This document shows, one piece after another, positions 58,360 to 64,000 of a stretch of 64,000 bases of DNA. A program made the translations under genes and the position numbers. Under the pieces are notes generated by a model. The model was not told where the DNA came from and made no database searches. It saw only the letters and a list, made by a program, of their open reading frames with translations. The stretch comes from Acidobacteriota bacterium (GTDB lineage: Bacteria > Acidobacteriota > UBA4820 > DSQY01), in the NCBI GenBank assembly GCA_021787565.1, contig JAJYLT010000016.1:9156-73155 (forward strand), given 5' to 3'. The first letter of the stretch is position 1; every line of letters begins with the position of its first letter.

Positions 58360-58515
58360 GGGCTCAACCTCCGCGCGCGGACCCTAAACCATGGCTATAG
58401 TACCTCTGGCGAGGGGCGGATGACACGGGGGAGGATGCGAGGAGCGACGAAGGGCCGCGGAAATTCCGGGGCCTCCCTTGTCCCCTGTCCCTCCCTGCTC
58501 CATCCCTTCAGGCGC

Positions 58516-58665
58516 CCAATTCCGCGATAGCAGCTCAACGCCTGCGTAGGAGCGGCGCCTCGCCGCGAACCGGGTGACCCTGCGACCAGAATGCGGTGCC
58601 CGCGTCCGGTCCGTCGCGCCGGGGGCGGCGCTCCTACGAGTGCAATTCCATCGCGGAATTTGGGC
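58516..58665 (-). repeat. MITE-like repeat copy 6, ending 13 bp before the -35 box of the rpmB promoter.
   Basis: CCCAATTCCGCGATAGCAGCTCAACGCCTGCGTAGGAGCGGCGCC ... GTGCAATTCCATCGCGGAATTTGGGC. Confidence 0.8.
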
Positions 58666-58677
58666 AGGCGCCGGCAC

Positions 58678-58706
58678 TTGCAAGAATCTGCGGGATTTGG
58701 TATAAA
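58678..58706 (+). promoter_or_regulatory. Sigma-70-type promoter for rpmB: TTGCAA - 17 nt - TATAAA.
   Basis: -35 TTGCAA (58678-58683), 17-bp spacer, -10 TATAAA (58701-58706). AAGGAG RBS lies 7 nt before the rpmB ATG. Confidence 0.5.
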
Positions 58707-58731
58707 TGCTTCTTCGCGAAGGAGCACCACC

Positions 58732-58923
58732 ATGGCAAGAGTGTGCGAGATCTGCGGGAAGAAACCGAGCGTGGGAAACAACGTCAGCCACGCCCACAAC
58801 CTGACCAAGCGCCGGTGGCTTCCCAACCTACAGACCGTCCGGGCCAGCGTCAACGGACAGACCAAGACCGTCCGCGTGTGCACCAAGTGCCTCAAGGCCG
58901 GCAAGATCCAGAAGGCTGGCTGA
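58732..58923 (+). CDS. rpmB: 50S ribosomal protein L28.
   Basis: [63 protein letters not shown], 63 aa, near-canonical L28. Confidence 0.9.
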   Translation: MARVCEICGKKPSVGNNVSHAHNLTKRRWLPNLQTVRASVNGQTKTVRVCTKCLKAGKIQKAG

Positions 58924-58967
58924 GCCTCCCTTCCCTTTGACTCCGCATCCCAACGGGTCCGGCCGGA

Positions 58968-60167
58968 TCACGCTCCGCCGGACCCTCGTCCGTCCGACGT
59001 CCAACCGGTGGCCCGGCTACTCCGACGCTCCGGCGCTTCCAGGAAGGCCATGATCTCACGGGCCGCTCTCTGGTAGCCGTTCCCCTCTCCAAGCCGCGCT
59101 CTGATTTCCCGAGACATCACCTCGGCCCGTGTCCGGCTCACCTCGGGCTCGTCCAGAAACCCGCCGAGCACGTCCGCCACGCGCTCACCCGTGAAGTCGG
59201 ACTGGATCAATTCGGGGATGACGCGTTTTCCGAGGACGATGTTGGGAAGCCCCACGTTTTCCAGCTTGACCAGGCGCGACCCGATGGCGTAGCTGGCCCT
59301 CCTCAGGCGGTAGACGATGACCTCCGGGACGCCCAGGAGCGCCCCCTCCAGCGTGGCCGTGCCCGAGGCCACGGCCGCCGCGTGGGCGTGTCCGAGCACG
59401 TCCCTGTACTCTCCCTCCACCCAGCGGACGTCCAGGTCGCGGTAAGGCCTCCGGAGCGAATCGGGCAACCCCTTCGCCCACGGGACGAGCACGCAGACCT
59501 CCGGCCGAGCCGCCAGGAGCCGGCGGGCGGCATCCATCAGGGGCGGGAGGTTCCTCTGGACCTCCGAGGCTCTGCTGCCGGGAAGAAGGGCGACGCGTCT
59601 CCGCTCGGGCCCGAGCCCCTGGCGGTCGAGAAAGGTCTGCAGGGACGTGTCGGTAGCTACCGTGCCGACAAAGGGGTGTCCCACGAATCGGGCGCGAACC
59701 CCGCGGGCCGCCAGAAAGGGCTCCTCGAAGGGGAAGATGACCAGGCAGAGGTCCACGTTCCGTCTCAGGAACTCGGTGCGTCCCTGCCGCCACGCCCAGA
59801 CCTGGGGAGTGATGTAGTACAGCACCGGCAACCCGAGCTGGTGGGCGAACCGGGCCAGGCGAAAGTTAAAATCCGGGAAATCCACGAGAACCAGGGCATC
59901 CGGTCGACGCTGCCTGAGCATTCGCTTGAGCGTTCCCATGGAGCGCCACAGGCTGGGCAGGTGGGCCACCACTTCGGCGATGCCCACCACGGCGAGCCTC
60001 TCCATGGGCACCGCGATCTCCACGCCGGCGGAGGCCATGGCGGGGCCGCCCGCGCCAAACCACCGGCTCCCCGGGGCCAGGCGGTCGAAGGCCTCCACCA
60101 GTTTCCCCGCGTGACCGTCCCCCGAGGGTTCGCCGGCCACCACCGCCACGCTGAAGGGCCTGCCCAT
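58968..60167 (-). CDS. lpxB: Lipid-A-disaccharide synthase.
   Basis: FSVAVVAGEPSGDGHAGKLVEAF N-terminus, GT19 family, 399 aa. Confidence 0.85.
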   Translation of the reverse strand: MGRPFSVAVVAGEPSGDGHAGKLVEAFDRLAPGSRWFGAGGPAMASAGVEIAVPMERLAVVGIAEVVAHLPSLWRSMGTLKRMLRQRRPDALVLVDFPDFNFRLARFAHQLGLPVLYYITPQVWAWRQGRTEFLRRNVDLCLVIFPFEEPFLAARGVRARFVGHPFVGTVATDTSLQTFLDRQGLGPERRRVALLPGSRASEVQRNLPPLMDAARRLLAARPEVCVLVPWAKGLPDSLRRPYRDLDVRWVEGEYRDVLGHAHAAAVASGTATLEGALLGVPEVIVYRLRRASYAIGSRLVKLENVGLPNIVLGKRVIPELIQSDFTGERVADVLGGFLDEPEVSRTRAEVMSREIRARLGEGNGYQRAAREIMAFLEAPERRSSRATGWTSDGRGSGGA

Positions 60168-60340
60168 GGTGCCTCCCGGCGCATTGTATCTGAAACGTCC
60201 CGGTGCAGGAAGAATGCGGGGATCGGGAAACCGCGGGCCGGGGTCTCGTCCGTCGGCCCTTTGCCGTCGGCCCTTTGCACCTTGTCGGAGCGGCCAAAAT
60301 CCTGTATCATGAAGCTCCTTGCGAGTGGAGGAAGCGCCTC

Positions 60341-62317
60341 ATGAACGTCTTGAAACGCATGCGCAACATGGGATTCCTGAAGTTTCTGCTGTGGATCATC
60401 GTCATCTCCTTCGTCATGGCGATCTTCACCCTCTGGGGCGGGGGCCTCGAGTACGAGAAGCGGGGCAGTTCCCTCTTCGGGGGCGACTACGCCGTGAAGG
60501 TGGATGGCGACAGCCTTCCTCCCGCCGTGTTCCGCCTCAAGTACCGCTTTTACGTGGACAGGATCAAGTCCATGCTGGGGGACAACTTCCGGGACAGCTT
60601 CCTCCAGGGCGCGCCGCAGAACATCGCCAACCAGATGGTCGACGAGCTCATCCTCACCAGGATGGCCAAGTCCTACGGGCTTTCGGTGAGCAATGAGGAT
60701 CTGGCCGCCACGATCCAGCGGCTCTACAATTTTACCGATCCCAAGTCCCAGTATCCGCAGCTCCTCGGCAGCCTGGGCGTCTCCGCCCAGGACTACCAGA
60801 CCTTCCTGCGGACGGAGCTGCTGATGGAGAAGCTGCACGACCTCCTGACGAGCTCGGTCTATCTCTCGGACGCCGACCTCAGGCGGCTCTACGCCGAACA
60901 GAACGACAAGTTCAAGGCGACCCTCGTCCAGGTTCCCGCCAGCCGGTTCGACCAGCAGGTGGGGGCCATCACGGACGCGGACCTCAAAGCCCGGTACGAC
61001 CAGGAGAAGGCCAGCCTCAAGATCCCCGAGAAGCGCGCCATTCAGTACGTCATGCTCTCCAAAAACTACTTCGAGAGCCGGGTCAAGCTCTCGGACGCCC
61101 AGCTCCAGGCGTACTACAACGCCCATCAGGCCGATTTCTCGATCCCGGCCACCGATCGCAGGGCCAGCCACATCCTCATCCGGGTGGCGCAGGACGCCAA
61201 GCCCGCTGAAGTCGAGGCCGCCAGGAAGAAGGCCCAGGAAATCTACGACAAGATCAAGGCCGGCGCGGATTTCGCGACCATGGCCAAGGCCTACTCCCAG
61301 GACAGTACGGCGCAGCGGGGCGGGGACCTGGGGTGGTTCTCGCGGACCGCCATGGTAAAGCCCTTTGCGGATGCGGTGTTCGATCAGTGCAAGGCGGTGG
61401 GCGACGTGGTGGGGCCCATCAGGACGCAGTTCGGCTTCCACATCATCAAGCTCACGGGCATAGGCCCCCAGACCAAGCCGTTCCGAGAGGTCCAGTACCA
61501 GGTCAAGCAGGCCATGCTGCTCAAGGACCCCGCCATTCAGAGCGAGGTCCAGAAACAGTACGACCATGCGCAGAAGATGCTCTCCTCCCTGAAGGGCGAC
61601 GAAGACCTGAAGGCCCTCGATAAGGGCTACGGTATCAAGCCGGCCGACGTCGCGGCCCCCTTCGGGGAGAACCAGGCCATCGGCCCGCTGGGCTTCGATC
61701 CGGAGCTGTCCAAGGCGATTTTCGCCACCGCCCAGGGGGCGTGGTCGAAGGTCCTTCCCTACCGCGACGGCGGCGTGATCCGCTTCAAGGTAACCACCAT
61801 CCAGCCCGCCCACACGGCCAGCTTCGACGAGGCCAAGAACCAGCTCCGGCAGGAGATCCAGAACGATCGGGCTTCCGCCTTCGCCAAGACGGCCGCCTCC
61901 GTTCTGCTGGCGGGGGCGAAGGATGCCACCTCCCTCGAAGCCGACGCCAAGAAGGACAGCTACACCCCGCAGCAGGTGGGTCCGCTCACCGCCACCGACA
62001 CCATCCCGAACGTGGGCAAGGATCCGGAGGTCAACAAGGCCTTCCTCGCCGCCAAGGCCGGCGACAAGGTGGGGCCGATCTCCACCAAGACTGGCTGGGT
62101 CGTGGGCATCGTGACCGATCGCACCAACGCCGACATGAAGAAATTCGAAGAGGACAAGGACCAGTTCGCCCAGACCCAGGCCGGCAAGGTTGCGGAACAG
62201 TGGATGAACGATTACGTGGAGCGCCAGCGACAGGCTCTCGACGCGAAGAAGGCCATCCGGTTCAACGAGTCCCTCATCAAGGAGATGGAGCCCGCTTCCG
62301 CCAAACAGGCCGGCTAG
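60341..62317 (+). CDS. ppiD: Periplasmic chaperone / peptidyl-prolyl isomerase PpiD (SurA-like N-terminal domain plus a parvulin domain).
   Basis: Starts at MNVLKRMRNMGFLKFLLWIIVISFVMAIF (signal anchor; GGAGG 9 nt upstream). Parvulin motif GGDLGWFSRTAMVKPFADAVFD...GFHIIKL. 658 aa. Confidence 0.8.
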   Translation: MNVLKRMRNMGFLKFLLWIIVISFVMAIFTLWGGGLEYEKRGSSLFGGDYAVKVDGDSLPPAVFRLKYRFYVDRIKSMLGDNFRDSFLQGAPQNIANQMVDELILTRMAKSYGLSVSNEDLAATIQRLYNFTDPKSQYPQLLGSLGVSAQDYQTFLRTELLMEKLHDLLTSSVYLSDADLRRLYAEQNDKFKATLVQVPASRFDQQVGAITDADLKARYDQEKASLKIPEKRAIQYVMLSKNYFESRVKLSDAQLQAYYNAHQADFSIPATDRRASHILIRVAQDAKPAEVEAARKKAQEIYDKIKAGADFATMAKAYSQDSTAQRGGDLGWFSRTAMVKPFADAVFDQCKAVGDVVGPIRTQFGFHIIKLTGIGPQTKPFREVQYQVKQAMLLKDPAIQSEVQKQYDHAQKMLSSLKGDEDLKALDKGYGIKPADVAAPFGENQAIGPLGFDPELSKAIFATAQGAWSKVLPYRDGGVIRFKVTTIQPAHTASFDEAKNQLRQEIQNDRASAFAKTAASVLLAGAKDATSLEADAKKDSYTPQQVGPLTATDTIPNVGKDPEVNKAFLAAKAGDKVGPISTKTGWVVGIVTDRTNADMKKFEEDKDQFAQTQAGKVAEQWMNDYVERQRQALDAKKAIRFNESLIKEMEPASAKQAG

Positions 62318-62337
62318 GACTCACTTCTGGAGTCGCC

Positions 62338-63441
62338 ATGATCAGGGTCGGCAGGATCGCAAGCTTCTTGGCCGCAGGACTCATGCTGACGGGGCTCACC
62401 TCTCACGGGGGTCAGCCCGTTCAGGTTCAGCCCATCCCCCTCGACATTGCGGCGGATTTCGGCCCCCTCCTCTGCGGCGGCCGCCTCTACGTGTTCAGCT
62501 CCAGCGGCCGCAACCAGATCATGAGTCCGGGGGATACGGCGCCCGACTGCGACCCCGTCCAGATCATGCCCCTCATGCAGCCCCGCTGCGGGCCGACGGG
62601 CCCGCTACTGGCGGACCGCGACGGGAACCTCTGGCAGATGGGCAAGGGCATGCCCGTGGAGGTGGGGCGCCTGCAAGGCCCGCCCTCCCAGCTCGTGGCG
62701 CTTCTGCCGAGCCAAGACGGAGCCGTGGAAGTCTACGCGGACCGAATCGTTTTCCCCGAAACCCAGACCCAAACCCTTCCGCTTAAGGCCACATCGGCCA
62801 TGCGGTTGGCCGATGGCGGTTTCTGGGTTTGGAACGCCCGATCGGCGGCCCGTCTGAATCCGCGGGGACGGACGCTCTGGACCTGGACGCCGAAGGGGGA
62901 GGGACCGGCCCCGGCGGTGCTGGCGGACGGACTCCTGCTGGCGGGCACCAGCAGCGGCTCCCTCGTGGCCCTTTCGGACGCCGAAGGCAAGCAGCGCTAC
63001 CGCTACCGTGGCGGCGGGCAGGTGGTGAACCCGCCGTGGGTAACCGGCAAGCTCGTCGTATACGCCTCCCTTGACCACCTCGTGAGGGCGCTGAGGATAC
63101 GCTCCGGCCAGCTCGCCTGGCAGTTCCGCACCGACGGCAGGCCCTCCTTCGGCCCATACCCCGTGCAGGCCGGCCTGCTCTTCGCCGAGGACCCGGGCCG
63201 GCGGCTGTTCATCCTCGATCCGATGTCCGGCAGGGAGATCTGGAGCTGGCGCGTACCGGAGGGCGCCATTCTGAAGGCGCCGGCCGTCGCCGGGGACCAG
63301 GCGGCGGTGCTGGCCTGGAGCGACACGCCCGAGCCCACCCTCTACCGCGTCACCCTTCCCCCGAAGCCTTCGCCCCCCAAGGCCAAGGCCCCGCATCCAT
63401 CGAAGGCTTCGCCTTCCAGGACGAAGACGCTCCATCCATGA
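62338..63441 (+). CDS. PQQ-like beta-propeller repeat protein (BamB-like fold, no lipobox) with a Pro/Lys-rich C-terminal tail.
   Basis: Signal peptide MIRVGRIASFLAAGLMLTGLTS. Repeated strand motifs (GNLW, GGFWVW, GSLVAL, GKLVVYAS, LFILD) are typical of PQQ propellers. Confidence 0.65.
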   Translation: MIRVGRIASFLAAGLMLTGLTSHGGQPVQVQPIPLDIAADFGPLLCGGRLYVFSSSGRNQIMSPGDTAPDCDPVQIMPLMQPRCGPTGPLLADRDGNLWQMGKGMPVEVGRLQGPPSQLVALLPSQDGAVEVYADRIVFPETQTQTLPLKATSAMRLADGGFWVWNARSAARLNPRGRTLWTWTPKGEGPAPAVLADGLLLAGTSSGSLVALSDAEGKQRYRYRGGGQVVNPPWVTGKLVVYASLDHLVRALRIRSGQLAWQFRTDGRPSFGPYPVQAGLLFAEDPGRRLFILDPMSGREIWSWRVPEGAILKAPAVAGDQAAVLAWSDTPEPTLYRVTLPPKPSPPKAKAPHPSKASPSRTKTLHP

Positions 63442-64000
63442 CCCCGAACCCCATCTGGATCACCCTCGACGATTTCGTGCCGGATGCGCGCCTGACAGAG
63501 TTCCTGGCGCGCTCCATCCCATACGGGGTGATCTTGTTCGCCCGCCATCTCAAGAGCGGGCAGCAGGTGGCCGAGCTCTGCCAGGCCATCCACGGCTCCG
63601 CCATGGGGTTCTCCCCCCTGATCGCCCTGGACCAGGAGGGGGGCAGGGTCAGCCGGCTTGCCGCCCTTGGATATGACCTGCCGGGCGCGGAGTCTTGCTC
63701 GGCGGACCCGGACAGAGCGAGGGCCGCCGGGACGGAGGCCGGGGAGATCCTGCACAGCCTGGGGTTCGACGTCGACTTCGCCCCCGTGGCGGACCTCGGC
63801 CCGGCCTGTCCGGGCACGGGACTCGAGGGAAGACTCTACGGCGACGATCCTCGCACGGTCAGCTCCTGCTGCAGGGCCTTCATCGAGGGCCTTCACGGCG
63901 CCGGCGTCGAGGGCTGCCTGAAGCATTTCCCGGGGCTGGGGGGCACTCGCTTGGACAGCCACCGCGCCCTACCCCTCGTAGAGGGCAGCCTGATGGACCG
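63438..64000 (+). CDS. nagZ: Beta-N-acetylhexosaminidase NagZ (GH3). The 3' end lies beyond the window.
   Basis: ATGA start/stop overlap with the preceding gene. GH3 motifs SPLIALDQEGGRVSRL and CLKHFPGLGGTRLDSH. No stop before nt 64000. Confidence 0.8.
   Translation, partial: MTPNPIWITLDDFVPDARLTEFLARSIPYGVILFARHLKSGQQVAELCQAIHGSAMGFSPLIALDQEGGRVSRLAALGYDLPGAESCSADPDRARAAGTEAGEILHSLGFDVDFAPVADLGPACPGTGLEGRLYGDDPRTVSSCCRAFIEGLHGAGVEGCLKHFPGLGGTRLDSHRALPLVEGSLMD

Noticed and set aside
58360-58515. Possible cobalamin or SAM riboswitch in the metH leader.
   Set aside because: No B12-box (GCCACTG-like) or SAM-I consensus is recognisable by eye, and the leader is only 155 bp before the MITE. This needs a covariance-model scan, so it is not asserted.

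Overview
This window is 64 kb of very high-GC (~70%) bacterial chromosome from a diderm (Gram-negative) organism, as shown by lpxB, ppiD, an Omp85-type barrel, OMPs and lipoproteins. No rRNA, tRNA or CRISPR array was recognised. Almost every long ORF has an equally long spurious ORF on the opposite strand, so calls rest on protein-family recognition, RBS placement and signal peptides. The content is a mix of housekeeping genes and degraded accessory material. The most interesting material is non-genic, in three parts. First, a ~150-bp MITE-like element with 11-bp terminal inverted repeats (AATTCCGCGAT) and a long internal hairpin occurs six times in both orientations, always between genes, and once sits on the 5' end of a MazF-family toxin remnant. 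Second, a second inverted-repeat insertion of ~200 bp lies in frame inside the PHP domain of dnaE2. Third, a shared 20-bp palindrome (TATAGTCAT-N2-ATGACTATA-like) lies upstream of both dnaE2 and an XRE-HTH/S24 LexA-like repressor that is followed by a DUF72 gene, making it a candidate lineage-specific SOS operator.

Gene content:
- Glycogen/trehalose: glgB (5' partial), a GH57-DUF3536 protein, glgP, an otsA-otsB fusion, a beta-PGM-like HAD fused to a second trehalose-phosphatase domain, and a GH15 glucoamylase/trehalase-like enzyme.
- DNA damage and replication: dinB, dnaE2 and a LexA-like S24 repressor.
- Methionine: metH next to an Hcy-methyltransferase/MetF fusion.
- Ribosome and RNA: arfB, rpmB, dusA, an RluA-family pseudouridine synthase and a DEAD-box helicase.
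- Envelope: lpxB, ppiD, a PQQ-propeller protein, nagZ (3' partial), an OMP carrying a CXXCH motif next to a c-type cytochrome, and a SlyB-like lipoprotein.
- Secreted hydrolases: an S8 peptidase, an S9 prolyl oligopeptidase, a signal-peptide-bearing PepC/bleomycin hydrolase, a sulfatase with PKD domains, and an AcpA-like phosphoesterase.

Several genes look decayed. There is an N-terminally truncated PlpD-like patatin/Omp85 protein, a frameshifted MFS transporter, a truncated glutaredoxin, a YbaK/ProX gene with an internal deletion, and an IS630 transposase N-terminal stub.
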